The position numbers and the translations under genes were made by a program. 64,000 bases of DNA from Octopus vulgaris. Its lineage: Eukaryota. Where the stretch lies: NCBI GenBank assembly GCA_951406725.2, contig OX597827.1, positions 66,774,001 to 66,838,000 on the forward strand, given 5' to 3'. The notes below the pieces were generated by a model. That model saw only the letters and a list, made by a program, of their open reading frames with translations, was not told the origin of the DNA and made no database searches. Below, piece by piece: positions 1 through 13,325 of the stretch. The number at the start of each line of letters is the position of its first letter. The stretch's first letter is position 1.

Positions 1-12
1 TCTTTCTCTCTA

Positions 13-61
13 AATATATATATATATATATATATGCGCGTATATATATTTTATATTTATC

Positions 62-140
<79 letters not shown>
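13..140. repeat. (TA)n microsatellite
   Basis: Long TATATA run at the window start, one of many in the window. Confidence 0.95.
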
Positions 141-145
<5 letters not shown>

Positions 146-1845
146 TATGCGTTACATCGTCTAGCTCCCCGTCGGTCACATACGCATGAGTGTGTGTATG
201 TATTTGTGTATTTGGTTATATGTATTTATGTCTTGTATACAGCAATTCTTTATAAAAAAAGTTACATTTTCTTCCTCATGGAAAACGGTTTTCCACTCAT
301 CTCTGTCATGCTCCTTGTGTATGCATTTATATTGTTTATAGAACTCGAATGTCGTGTAATTTTCCCTGAAGCCTTCTCATACTATTGTATTAGTGAAAAA
401 ATTTTTCTGTTGCTGAGTAGGAAGCTGTCAAGGCACTTTCCTAAACTCCAGTCTCCTGTGGGGGGCTAATATTTCATAATGAGTTTAGTTTTCGCTTTCG
501 ATGTATCAGATCCTCCATTCATTTCATGCAAAAACGCTTAATCCCCATCTTTCTACTCAAACTATTTTGAATCCAATTTTTTGAAAGAGAAGGAGTTAGG
601 AAAATATCCCTCATTGAATAAACACAAACAATACACAACCCGATAATCTCGCAGAACAATGCGTCAGTGATTGTGTGTTTATCATGAAAATGAAGAATTC
701 CTAGGAAATTCTTCTGATAGGACTTAATTATTATTTTTCTGTTGCTAGAAATCTAAAGTTTTGCCATTATGCCTAGCATTATATGTTTTCTTTCAACAAT
801 AATGCCAAATGGATTATGAAGGAATGAATACATGATGTTTATATCACCATGGAGGTGTATAAAATGGAGAAATTATGCAAGATGGAATCTTGTTCCTGGC
901 AATTCAACGAGCAGCGCCTAGAACGGTATTAACTTATTTCTTAGCAGAAATTACCGGTTCAGTATTTTGAAAAGTTAAAAACTCCCGGGAACGAATTATC
1001 TGCCACATTAAACTAATTCAGAGTGAGATTAACTGTTGAAGAGAATTTTAGAGGGATAACTCTCCTAGATTTCACTTTTATTCCGAACACGGAATATTTT
1101 GTGATAATTAGAAAATACAGCAATTTCATCATTTTACGTATAAAAAGAAGGCAATGAAATTGCCGAACGTCAGCTGTGTAGTGATAAAATTCTGTCATGG
1201 AAAACGTGTAACATTTTTCAACGAAGATAAGACACAAAGAATGAAAATGTTATAGCAAGAAACGTAGCCAATAAAAAGGAAAAGAAAATGTTCCCTTAAG
1301 TTATATTATAATTTTTCCGAAAATATGAATAAAATATTTCTCATATGGTATTATTCCTCATGGAAAATTGCTGAAAAGCACGAGGTAATAGAAAAATGCA
1401 CGGTAATTGCTACCTGCAAGTGTTTTAACAAATTCTGCATCGAGGTGAACTACATAAGCAAGTGAATTCTTTCTAGGAACATAAAGGCGAACAGAAAAAT
1501 AGTGCTTAAAATCTGCAAATATTTTAAGTCAATTTGCAAAAGAATATACACAATACGCCGTGCGCAGTGTTCTCTATAGGACCTTGCATTTAATAAATAC
1601 ATCCGTGAGCCTTGTTCTCCTTTCTCTTACAAATTACATATACCATGTTAGATTAAAAAATTCAAAAGCAATCTAACATTTATTTCCGCAAAATTTGTAA
1701 CACCCCAGCCTAATCGTAGTATACCTCACGCTACCAAACAATGCATATTTATGTGTGTGTATATATGTATAGGTACAAGCAATTCGTGTGTTTCGATGGT
1801 ATTAGACTACTCAAATGAATATATAAATATATAAATTATATATAT

Positions 1846-1892
<47 letters not shown>

Positions 1893-1913
1893 CATGTATT
1901 ATATATATACATG

Positions 1914-1948
<35 letters not shown>

Positions 1949-2124
1949 ATACCTGTCTATAAATTAGAGAAGAACCACCATGAAGCAATTCAACAATGAT
2001 ATACTTAAATCATACCATATAGAAAAAATTTAAAGATACAATAAAACATTTGCCTAAAACTAAATAAAATACTAAATCATAATTAAATAGTATATAATTA
2101 ATAAATAGACCACACGTTTTTCGT

Positions 2125-2178
<54 letters not shown>

Positions 2179-2187
2179 TTATGAATG

Positions 2188-2219
<32 letters not shown>

Positions 2220-3071
2220 CGCACTACCAAGGTTTCACGTCTCCGTTCGGCGAACATTTTAGATCATTTTTGCGATGTTTTGCACCCAGCTTTGATAGCA
2301 ACGAATAATATTACTCTACCTCCGGTATTCGAGTACAACTTTTTCCACCATGTCTCACATTTACCTGCTTACTTTGGTATACACACACACATATATATAT
2401 ATGTATGTATATATACACATATATATACATATATACATACATGTATATATATATACATATATATATATATCTATATATACATACATGTGTGTTTGTGTAT
2501 TTGTGTGTGTTTGATCGTTTTAGCACCCCTTATATACATGTATATATAGGTATACATGTGTAAGAGTACGTTTACAGTCGAAAGAATAAATAATCTCTGA
2601 AAGTTGAGCATATATAGTATATATTATAGTTAACTTTAAGTACTTTTCCTTTACACGTTAGATTGACGTTCCTCAAATGGGAAGTTTATGTGCAGCACGT
2701 AAACGAATAGTTATCGATGAGATAAGTGGAATCTGGTAGATATAGAGTATAATCCGATATGAAATACATTCGCCCACATTAAAAACAAAAACAAAAATAC
2801 AACATTAACGCACAAACAGCTTGTGTGAATGTCTAGGGTGATCAATGTTTATATTTTTTGAAAGCCCATAAATTCCTTACGTAAAACCATCCAGAATGCT
2901 TCGTAATAGTTTCTCGTACTCCTACGCAGCTTACACTCTACAGGCTCGTATACACGTACTCATATTATATAGATGCCCAGGCATCCACAGACTACATCTC
3001 ACACACATACACGCACCCACACACACACTCATGCATCTCAGACAAACCCTATATATATATATATATATATT

Positions 3072-3103
<32 letters not shown>

Positions 3104-3107
3104 TGTA

Positions 3108-3148
<41 letters not shown>

Positions 3149-3150
<2 letters not shown>

Positions 3151-3220
3151 GCGTAGGAGTGGCTGTGTTCTGAGTAGCTTGGTTACCAATCACATGATTC
3201 CGGGTTCAGTCCTACTGCGT
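3149..3220 (+). mobile_element. SINE family A, 5' head only
   Basis: AGGCGTAGGAGTGGCTGTG...GTAGCTTGGTTACCAATCACATGATTCCGGGTTCAGTCCTACTGCGT matches the 5' end of the full copies at 9782-10189 and 55880-56314. Confidence 0.85.
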
Positions 3221-4577
3221 AAACATGAATCCCAAGTCAGTTCCCTAGTTGATACCCTGAATACCTTCAATGCTGATATCAGAATGGAGTTCGGACTGAG
3301 AACGTGTGGTGCGTTAGACTTGAAGATAAGCAAAATCAAATGTATGGACTGGGTAGCGATACCTTCAGGAAAGGTAATGAAGCCGATAGTACTTGGGGAT
3401 ATGGAAATGGATAAATTGATGGAGAATGAAATGGAGTATTTGCACTGACTGAGACTAACTTTTAAGTTGAAATTAAACGGACGGAAAAAGATTGAAGCTA
3501 TCAAACATGGGCAGTCTCACTACTTAGTTACTGAGTAGGAGTAATTGCATGGACAGTAGACAAACTAAACAACTTAGATAGGAAGACAAGGAAGTTGCTG
3601 ACTAGATATGGGATACTCCACCCAAAAGGTGATACTGACAGACTGTATGTACCAAGGAAAAGAGGGTGAAGGGGACTTATGGAATGGGAACACAGAACAG
3701 CTATTTTTGGAAGTAAGATGTAGGATGGAAGATTGCAAAGATAAACACTGTACAAGAACTTGAGCATGAATGAAACTGAAAATAGTTGGATAAAGAAAAT
3801 AATGCGTAGATAATTTCATAGTGCAGTTGAAGGTAAGGCAGACAGAGAAGAAAGTTGGCTATGGATGAATGAAAGTGATATAAAACGAGAAGCCAAGGCT
3901 GCCCAAGAGCAGGAACTGAGAACAAATTACATCAAATACTGAATAGACAACGCATGAGAAAATGATGTGCAGAACTTGTGGGGAAAATGGTGAAACCGAC
4001 TGGCATGTTACCAATCAATCTACGCCACTAGCCCAGAAAGAATATAATAGACATCATGACAATATAGCAAGGATACTTGGCAACATGTATGGACTTGACA
4101 AAGCAAAAAAGTCGTACGAAGTTAAAACCTAAATCATCATCGAAGACGAAAATGCAAAGATGCTATGGGATTTTATGATTCAGTGCGCCCATGAGATAGA
4201 GAACAGGAAACCAGGCATAGATTTAATTGAGAGAGAAAGCAAACGAAGCTGGGTCATAGATATAACATTCCCAGCTGTCAACACGGTATGCGACAAGGAA
4301 GAAAGAAAAGTCGATAGATATGACAGGTTACCTTGGGTGGTTAAGCAGTTGTGGTCGCTGCAAAATGTGGTAGTAGTACCAATAATTGTCGGAGCCTTGG
4401 GAACAGTGAACAAAATTCTTGAGAAATACATGGAAAAATAAGGGCTGCAATAAAGGTGGGCACTTGCAGAAAACAGCACTACTTGGTGCTCAAACATTAG
4501 GGTTGTTACCTTAGTTCACTACTAGTGAACAGCTGATAACGTAGTACATCTCCAGCGTTAGAAGCTGTGTAAAGGCA
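3221..4577 (+). mobile_element. 5'-truncated, decayed R4/Dong-clade non-LTR retrotransposon (RT C-terminus, thumb, CCHC knuckle, restriction-like endonuclease)
   Basis: Frameshifted translation gives FNADIRMEFGLRTCG (RT end), LDRKTRKLLTRYGILHPKGDTDRLYVPRKRG*RGL (thumb), CRTCGENGETDWHV..LAQKEYNRHHDNIAR (knuckle, about 3968) and LWDFMIQCAHEIENRKPGI..VIDITFP..KEERKVDRY..VVPIIVGALG..LQKTALLG (REL domain). A (TAA)n tract follows. Confidence 0.9.
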
Positions 4578-4580
4578 ATA

Positions 4581-4643
<63 letters not shown>

Positions 4644-4654
4644 TAATGATGATG

Positions 4655-4748
<94 letters not shown>
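4578..4748 (+). repeat. (TAA)n microsatellite at the 3' end of the R4/Dong element
   Basis: About 170 bp of TAA repeats directly after the LINE 3' UTR. Confidence 0.95.
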
Positions 4749-4750
<2 letters not shown>

Positions 4751-5293
4751 TTTGTCAGTTGTTTGACTGCTTGTCAGTTGTTTGACCTGATTGGAAGTGT
4801 TATCATGTACATTGTTTTGTCTTGGTATAAAAGATGGGCTACAGCAAATATTCTGCTCAATACCACAGATTTGCTTGTCAGTTGTTTAACCTTAACCAGT
4901 TGAGCATGTCCCTTAGTGGCTGACGATATGTGCATCTCTGATCACGAGCAGAAGTAGTGGGGGAGCATCATAGCCATGTGTTGAGAGGGATTCTTTGGGG
5001 TTTGAATAATTCACCTCTGGAAACATGGGTGGTTCTTTCAACATCCTTAAACAACCCTTATTCAGAGACCTTTTGAGCGGGATGGGCTACTCAACCTGAA
5101 GAAAATTGTAACTGAGCCCCACCTGCAAGGTCATGTACTGTTTATCTTGATATGAGATCACCATGTCGAGCACATATGGTTGTGATGCATGTGCCTGGTG
5201 TACCTTTATCAGACGGGTAGTCATGATGGGTATATTGGGCTTCGTATATTTTACCCCAGTGTCACTTTGATGGCATGCACTGCTCTCTCACTC
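4749..5293 (+). mobile_element. Repeat family D: (TAA)n-tailed non-coding retro-fragment, probably an R4/Dong-type 3' UTR
   Basis: Homologous to 33845-34088(+), 34729-35167(-), 11383-11590(-) and 12010-12260(-). Ends ...CTGCTCTCTCACTC followed by (AAT)n, and has (TAA)n on both sides. Confidence 0.75.
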
Positions 5294-5344
<51 letters not shown>

Positions 5345-5345
<1 letters not shown>

Positions 5346-5542
5346 GCAGATTCGTCAGCACTCTCGACGAAATGCTTAGCGGCATTTCGCCCGTCGCTCC
5401 CTTCTGATTCCAAATTCCGCTGAGGTCGACTTTGCCTTTCAACCTTTCGGGATCGATAAAAATATGTACCAGTTTAACAATGGGGTCGATGCAATCGACT
5501 CATCCTCTCTCCGAAACTGGCTGCCCTTGTGCCAAAAATAGA
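5345..5542 (+). mobile_element. SINE family B, diverged copy
   Basis: GGCAGA..GAAATGCTTAGC..CAAATTCCGCTGAGGTCGACTTTGCCTTTC..GGGGTCGAT, shared with the other B copies. Confidence 0.8.
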
Positions 5543-5698
<156 letters not shown>

Positions 5699-6446
5699 AC
5701 ATTTGTTATGTTCCAATGATATTTTGAAAGCAATTTGTAATGATGGCCTTCCATCACAAATTTTCAGGGAATTCGTATCTACCTCTCTCAACCGATTTCC
5801 TAAAATGTATATCAGGAATGTCTTTCAGAGTTATAAATCATGTGGAGAATCCTTTCTGGTACTTTTTTTCTATGCTTGTTATAATATTATTTTTTTGTGA
5901 TATTTATTCTTATTTACAGCGGTTCAGTAATATTATTTATATTCAGAATGTCGGCGCCATGTTTCCGCTCAATAACTTGGGCTGTAGTGTTTTTTTTTGT
6001 TTTTGTTTTTTGTTTTTTTTTTACAAAACTCAATGGGAGTTTCTGAGTGTTTTGCAAATATATTGAAAACGAGGTATTTAATGGGGAAAGAGAAAAAAAT
6101 GATATAAAAATCGGGATCCATGAAAATCGCTTACATAAATTTACAAGTACCTACACATATAGAACGGAAGATTCATTGCTGCTCGAATGGATGTACGCCA
6201 CATAATTGATCACTATCTCATATTTATGTATATGTGTGTGTGAGTGTGTGTGTGTGTGTGTATTTGAAGGGATACGTGTATGGCAAGTCGTTTACTTCCC
6301 GACCACATGCATTCTGGTTCAGTTCCACTGTGTGTCACTTTGTCCGAGTGTATTCTGCTATAGCTTCCAGCCGACTAAAGCCCTGTGGGTGGATTTGATA
6401 TCTATATCTATGTATCTATCTATCTATCTATCTATCTATCTCTCTA

Positions 6447-6495
<49 letters not shown>

Positions 6496-9323
6496 TTAAA
6501 TTCAAAGGAATTCCAACGCTGTCTGTTTTTTTATGTTTTATTCATATTCTTTATAATATTAATGTAGAATATAGAATATATAGTATAAATAGTATAGTAA
6601 AATGAAATGAAGTATTGATTGTCTTATTGAATGGATGAAATATTGAATATCAAATATTAAGGGACTAGTATACTTTCTTGCATTTAAGCAGTCTGCAAGG
6701 TCCCAGGTTGTGACAGGAATGTTTTGACTGTAGTTGACTGGCTGTCTTTCGTCCTTTATATACATTCCTGTGGACAGTAGTAGTAGTAGTTGCTTGGCTA
6801 TTTTTAGAGATGATGCCAAACCATTTTTCAATGTTTATTTTTTTAAATCATGACAGCAGTACTTTTTAGAAATTTTTTGTGTTTTAGTTATAGGGATAAG
6901 ATTTTTAAACCCCAAATAATATTAATTTAATCATTGTTTGTTAAGCTTGGGTTTGAATTTCTTAATAAAGTCCTTTTATCTCAGTTTTCTCTCAATTTCA
7001 TTCAGGCTGTAAAGTTTATGAAATGGGAATATCATAAAAGTTATCTGACCACATGTTGCCAGATGGTTACTCAGTGGTATTCGGCAGACTTCTGGGTTTT
7101 TAATTTGTTGTCGATGCACACGCGAGCGTTTTGATAATGCATTACCTGTCTGGACAACATACAGTTCTTCACAATTGTGAAGAACTGTAAACTATGGTTT
7201 ATTGTTTTCGACAAGATATTCCACGCAGTATCCTTTAAGTAATACAGGTCGACGACGGAAACAAGTACAGGATAATTCATACGATTTCCGTACATGCATT
7301 AAAATTTATTATAAATAGAATGAATTATAAAAAGTGAGAATAATTGGCACGCTTTTTAAAAGATACAGTTGTAGCTTAACATTTTAATAGAAAGCGAAAG
7401 GTACTTGATCGAAGAAAAAGATGAATTTTTTCTATGATTTGATCGAAGCGATCAATATATAAATAGTAGTTGACAGAGCGGGAACAATTAGGATACGTGA
7501 CTAGCAGTCAGGTGGAAATTTGATTCTAGCGGTTTGTTAAAAAGTTTGGAGTGCGTGTGTATATGCATGCAAAGTAGTGTATCTCTGTTAGGAGTGGGGC
7601 AATGGTGATGTTGTATGTATGTTTGTTTAACTCTGTGTAGAATTGGCTATGAGTAGTTTTATTAAAGCGTAGCTTTGTGTAGTGAGGGGTTTTGCGCGTT
7701 GGTATGTTGTTGGTGTGTGTGCTTGTGTGTGTACTCGGTAAGTGTTTGTGTGAATACAGTTTGGATGTGAGGAGTTTGGAGACTGACACAAAATGGATGG
7801 CAAGGAGCACTGGCAAGTGTGATAGACGGGGGCGCTTTTTGCACGAGAATAAGTACAAAGAGAAGAGAAAGCGGCAACTTGTGAAAGATAAGGAATCTAA
7901 AATAAGAAAAAAAAGGAAAAACAATATTTGAATTTTAAAAATCAATGGTAATATGTATAAAAACAAAAGAGAGAGAAGATTTACGAGTTCTGCTGACAGA
8001 AGTAAAGTCATTTATATCCTACAAAACAGCGACGAAAAACTAATAAAGCAAAAGCGAAAGCATATTTTAGAGTTCTTAGCGCGAAGAAAAGTTATTGAAA
8101 AATTCCTGTACACTGTTGAAATTAACATATATACATACATCGAGGTAAACTCTCGTATTTCGGGAAAGAGGGCTTTGTAAATTTGTTAATGGTAATGAAG
8201 TGTATGTGTTGCACATTAGTTCACATTCTCCGTCAAACTACCTTTGCCTGACAGGTACAAAGTGTACCATAGATCGGGTGTCAAGGTGATCGTCTGTGCA
8301 ACGCGTGTTGACGTGTTTTGCTCAAGAAATCAACGGACCACCCGGTCATGGAATCAACACTGTGATCTCCGCCATGCGCCCTCACACGCACAGGCACAGA
8401 TACATATACACACAGATATATCCATATACCCATAGGGATAGATAAATGGATAAATAGATAGAAAGATAGGTAAATAGATTGATTGATTGAGACAGTGAGA
8501 GACGAGTGAGCAAGAAAGGTTGAGAGGGAGGAGAAGGGGAAGAGATACTGGAACCTTTCATGCCAGATGGCGTTGTGTTGTTGCTCACTAGAATTTTCTT
8601 TAACAATATACGTATATTATTACTATTTTACCGTCGTCTCCATCTTATTGTTGTTGTTATACGTGACTGTTGTACTGCTTTTCTTGAGGGAAAGTCATTA
8701 TCTTTTTCAATGCTCATGTTTTTTTTTAATCTTTTTTAATTGGGTATTTTTATTTCTATTTTATGAATTTTTTTATCTTTTGACAGCAGTGAGGTTCTTT
8801 GTCTCGGGGCGTATTCTTAAACGCAAGCTGAGGTTGCAGATGAAAATAATCTTGACAAAAAAATATATGAAATGATAATATTCCATTGCTAGAATTACTT
8901 TCAAGATGTTCACAGGAGGCCGTGAAATGATGTAAGAACCTAGACGAAAATTATATTTTTCAGTTTCAATTGAAAAAAATCATCCGCAAATTTGTGGACA
9001 AAAAAAATTAACGTCACCGTTACTGTCAAATTAAATAATAACAAAAATAATAAAAATAATAATGATAACACTGATAATAACAATTATGAATAAACGAAAA
9101 CTACTACTAATAATAATCCTTTCTGAAATTTGTGAGATGGCGGTAAGTCGATGATATCGACCTCAGTCCTCAACTAGTACTTATTTTATCGATCCCCAAA
9201 TTTCAAATCAAAACGTGAAGAAGTCAAATTTCAAATCAAAACGTGAAGATGAATGAAATAACACTAAGACATTTAGAACTGCCCTCAAAATAATAATAAT
9301 AATATTAATAATAATAATAATAA

Positions 9324-9472
9324 TGTGGTAAATGGCTTGCTTATCAACCACATGGTTCCAGGTTCAGTCCCACTGCGTGGCTCCTTGGGCAAGTGTCTTC
9401 TACTATAGCATCGGCCGACCAAAGCCTTGTGAGTGGATTTGGTAGATGGAAACTGAAAGAAGCATGTCGTAT
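9324..9472 (+). mobile_element. SINE family A, 5' half
   Basis: TGTGGTAAATGGCTTGCTTATCAACCACATGGTTCCAGGTTCAGTCCCACTGCGTGG...GGAAACTGAAAGAAGC. Confidence 0.85.
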
Positions 9473-9689
9473 ATATGTCACGTGCTGCACAAAGTTTTGT
9501 CAGTGAACAGGTCGCGGTCTCAAAGCGACGAAAATATTTTGACAAATTAAATTTAAATGTTGAAGTGAATCTATGGGTTTTGCGTGTTTCTGAAATAGCA
9601 TATAAACACCTTCCACGCTGCAATTGTTTTCGTTCCAGCACGCGATCTCAGATCAAGTCACTCGCTATGCAAGTATATCTCCGTAATAA

Positions 9690-9752
<63 letters not shown>

Positions 9753-9781
9753 TACATGTATACCTTTGTATATATTATATA

Positions 9782-10189
9782 TCTTTTACTCTTTTTTCTC
9801 TTTTTACTTGTTTCAGTAATTTCACTGCGGCCATGCTGGAGCACCGCCTTTAGTCGAGCAAATCGACCCCGGGACTTATTCTTTTTGTAAGCCCAGTACT
9901 TATTCTATCGGTCTCTTTTGCCGAACCGCTAAGTGACGGGGACGTAAACACACCAGCATCGGTTGTCAAGCAATGCTAGGGGAACAAACACAGACACACA
10001 AACACATACACACACACATATATATATATATACATATATACGACAGGCTTCTTTCAGTTTCCGTCTACCAAATCCACTCACAAGGCATTGGTCGGCCCGG
10101 GGCTATAGCAGAAGACACTTGCTCAAGGTGCCTTGCAATGTGACTGAACCCGGAACCAAGCTACTCACCACACAGCCACTCCTGCGCCT
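9782..10189 (-). mobile_element. SINE family A, near full length (tRNA-like head, internal TA/TG microsatellite, (AAAGAGT)n-like tail)
   Basis: Collinear and highly similar to 55880-56314. Confidence 0.9.
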
Positions 10190-10250
10190 ATATATATATA
10201 GTCGCATACACAGATACACACACGCACACACACGTATATACATATGTATA

Positions 10251-10526
10251 TCACCGTCACCGTGTCCGACCAGGCTACCAGATGTTGCTGCATATCGCTG
10301 GTCACAATGCGTTTCAAATTGTTTTAGCCTTCAAATGACGCCACTGCGAGCAGGCCAACAGAAGAAAGAGTGATAGAAAGTTGTGGCGAAATATACAGCA
10401 GGGATCGCCACTACTCCCTGCCAAAACCTCGTTTAGCTTTAGGTGTTTTCGCTCAATAAACACTCACAACGCCCGGTCTGGGAATCGAAACAGCGATCCT
10501 ACGATCACTGGGCCATTTCTCCTCCA
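10251..10526 (-). mobile_element. SINE family C (tRNA-derived)
   Basis: Minus strand has pol III A-box-like TGGCCCAGTG and B-box-like GTTTCGATTCC. Body shared with 17941-18264, 61253-61402 and 63267-63542. Confidence 0.85.
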
Positions 10527-11155
10527 CATATATATTTTTAGATTTGTACAAATAGAATTTATCGATTTATACATGACCACGTAGTGTGTCGCATCTATTG
10601 CATAAGAAGGCGACATGTTCTCATGAAAAACTAAATCTGTTAATAAGTGCAATATACTTCCACAGAATAGAGTTATTTAACAATGGCATGACAGTAACTT
10701 TGCTTTGAGATATGTCTGTGTATTCTGCGTAGGAGATCAAAGCAAACCACCAAGATATCTTAATCAATGACAGACACCGTCTAACGCTTGTGTACTTTGA
10801 TAGAGACATCGATCTATTACCAATGAAATATCACCCGGAAGGAATTCGCAATTCTATGAATGATCTTACGTTTCTAAATAAAATTCACGGACTTGATGTG
10901 CGTGTAAGGAAGAATAGTACTTATATAAATTGGTATCCTGAATACTCTGTGAAAATACAAAAAATAACCACCAAGAATAACATCACAAAACTAAATACGA
11001 GTCATCAACGTACGCTAAATTCAATGGAAGACTCACCAAATTCACCGGGGAGTCTGTACAAACTCTCTATCCAAGAAAAAAACTCACATATTCTGCACAA
11101 TAGTATTCTACTAATAATATTTATACGGCAGTAATAGTAGATATATATACTGAAA

Positions 11156-11382
<227 letters not shown>

Positions 11383-12260
11383 TAGAGCAACAGAGGAAAG
11401 CATGTCATGAAATTAACACCGGGGTACATATATGCGAAATCCGATGTACCCATTATGAAAATCCGTCCGTTAAGTTTACACCAGGCACGTGCATCGCGAC
11501 CATATGTGCGCGACGTGGCGAACTCCTATCAAGATAACCAGTGCATCTCCTTACATATGAAGTCCAGATAGAATTTCTTCTTGTGCTGTAGCTCATCCCG
11601 CTCATAGTTATAATTATCATCATTATTATTTTCTGTTTGGACTTTCCTTCGTGTTTATGCATGCACAATGATTGATATTTTCCTCCAGAGATCCAAAAAA
11701 AACAAATTATGACGCGAGTTATTGAAAACTCCCATGTTTCATGTCGTTTTCTTTTGTGATGAAAATTAAAAAAGGTCGGTTATAAGAAAAGTTACCGATC
11801 TTCACATGAGAGTGAAGGGTAATTGCTATTACGTAGTTCAAAAATTATTTTTACTATATTTACAGATAAATTTTGTTTTTGAATTACATAGACGATAATT
11901 CTCGGACGATATTAGCAGGTCTCGCTAACATTATATTTTGTATTTCCTCCAGCATTACTCATGTTCCAGAATAATATTTGTTTGTGGGTGTGATGAACGA
12001 AACACCCAAGATTTCAGAAGTGAATTATCCAAATTCCAAAGAATTCCCCTCAAAACATGGCTATGATTCCCCCCCACTAACTGTGCGCCGGATCAGACAT
12101 GCATATATCGTGAGCCACCAAAGTACATGCACAAACGGCTTAGATCAAGCATCTGACAAGCAAATCTGTATTACTTAGCAGAATATTTGCTGAAAGCCAT
12201 CTTTTAGGCCAAGACAAAACATGAACATTATAACACTTCCAATCAGTCATGAACAGAATC
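11383..12260 (-). mobile_element. Two diverged fragments of repeat family D (about 11383-11590 and 12010-12260)
   Basis: Reverse-complement similarity to 4749-5293, e.g. ACACCAGGCACGTGCATC and GACAAGCAAATCTGT..GCAGAATATTTGCTG. Confidence 0.65.
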
Positions 12261-12535
12261 CATAATATCTAATGCCAGATGTTGCATCAGAGCATTAAGT
12301 GGCGATGATTGTTCTTCAAATATGAACAATCAAAATTTCTTCAATTGCCAAAACATTAAAAACAAGACAAAGAAAAATAATATCTACCACATCACCACAT
12401 CGAGAGAATCCATGTAAAAATGGTCCATGAATAGAAGTGGTTAAAAAATATACAATATGCTATCGATAAATATCATTTTATTATATATATTCCTCTAATA
12501 CACCACTATATATTTAAATATAAACCTAAACAGAA

Positions 12536-12577
<42 letters not shown>

Positions 12578-12804
12578 GCATGTGCCTCTTTGCGTGTGTT
12601 TGAGTGAGCATAAGAGGAAAATAGCGACTAACAGAATACACAAAATACACACCTGTGACTCTCAACTATTTTAAACTTTTATGTCATTGATTGTTTATGT
12701 TAATGCAACAAAATGTTTATCTTGAAATAGCAACGTAATACAAAAAAGTATTGTTACTGAAATAGTTTTCACATGCAAGAGATATTGCTATATAACGAAT
12801 CTAT

Positions 12805-13228
12805 AAGGCGGCGAGCTGGCAGAAACGTTAGCACGCCGGGCGAAATGCGTAGCCGTATTTCGTCTGCCGTTACGTTCTGAGTTCAAATTCCGCTGAGGTC
12901 GACTTTGCTTTTCATCCTTTCGGCGTTGATAAATTAAGTACTAGTTACGCACTGGGGTCGATCTAATCGATTTTATCCGTTTGTCTGTCCTTGTTTCTCC
13001 TCTCTGTGTTTAGCCCCTTGTGGGTAGTAAAAAAATAGGTCTTTCTTCTGCCGTTACGTTCTGAGTTCAAATTCCGCCGAGGTTGTCTTTGCCTTTCATC
13101 CTTTCGGGGTCGATTAAATAAGTACCAGTTACGCAATGGGGTCGATAAAACCGACTTAATCCGTTTGTCTGTCCTTGTTTGCTCCCTCTGTGTTTAGCCC
13201 CTTGTGGGAAGTAAAGAAATAGGTATTT
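12805..13228 (+). mobile_element. SINE family B with tandemly duplicated body
   Basis: AAGGCGGCGAGCTGGCAGAAACGTTAGCACGCCGGGCGAAATG..GTTCTGAGTTCAAATTCC. The unit TCTGCCGTTACGTTCTGAG...AAGAAATAGGT occurs twice. Confidence 0.9.
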
Positions 13229-13325
13229 ATCTACAATTAAAAATCCTTCAGTCTCTGCTTTGAGTATTGAGCTTCTCAGCCATTGTTGGGTTTTTGCTTT
13301 GTCGATTTCTTTTCTGTTTAGTTTA
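13229..13325 (-). mobile_element. Small R4/Dong-type ORF fragment
   Basis: Minus translation LNRKEIDKAKTQQWLRSSILKAETEGFLIV resembles the WL...LK.ETEG.I.AAQDQ segment that precedes the knuckle in this clade. Confidence 0.65.

Noticed and set aside
2221-2290. GAAACCTTGGTA hammerhead-like half motif on the minus strand between TA tracts
   Set aside because: No CUGANGA box or stem I could be found.
7450-7470. TATA-box-like ATATATAAATAG
   Set aside because: Such motifs are expected by chance in AT-rich DNA, and no downstream gene supports it.
10580-11134. Possible host exon in unique sequence (ORF 10790-11134; minus-strand acceptor-like TTTTATTTAG near 10875)
   Set aside because: All three frames after the acceptor stop within about 20 codons, and the plus ORF has no recognisable domain.
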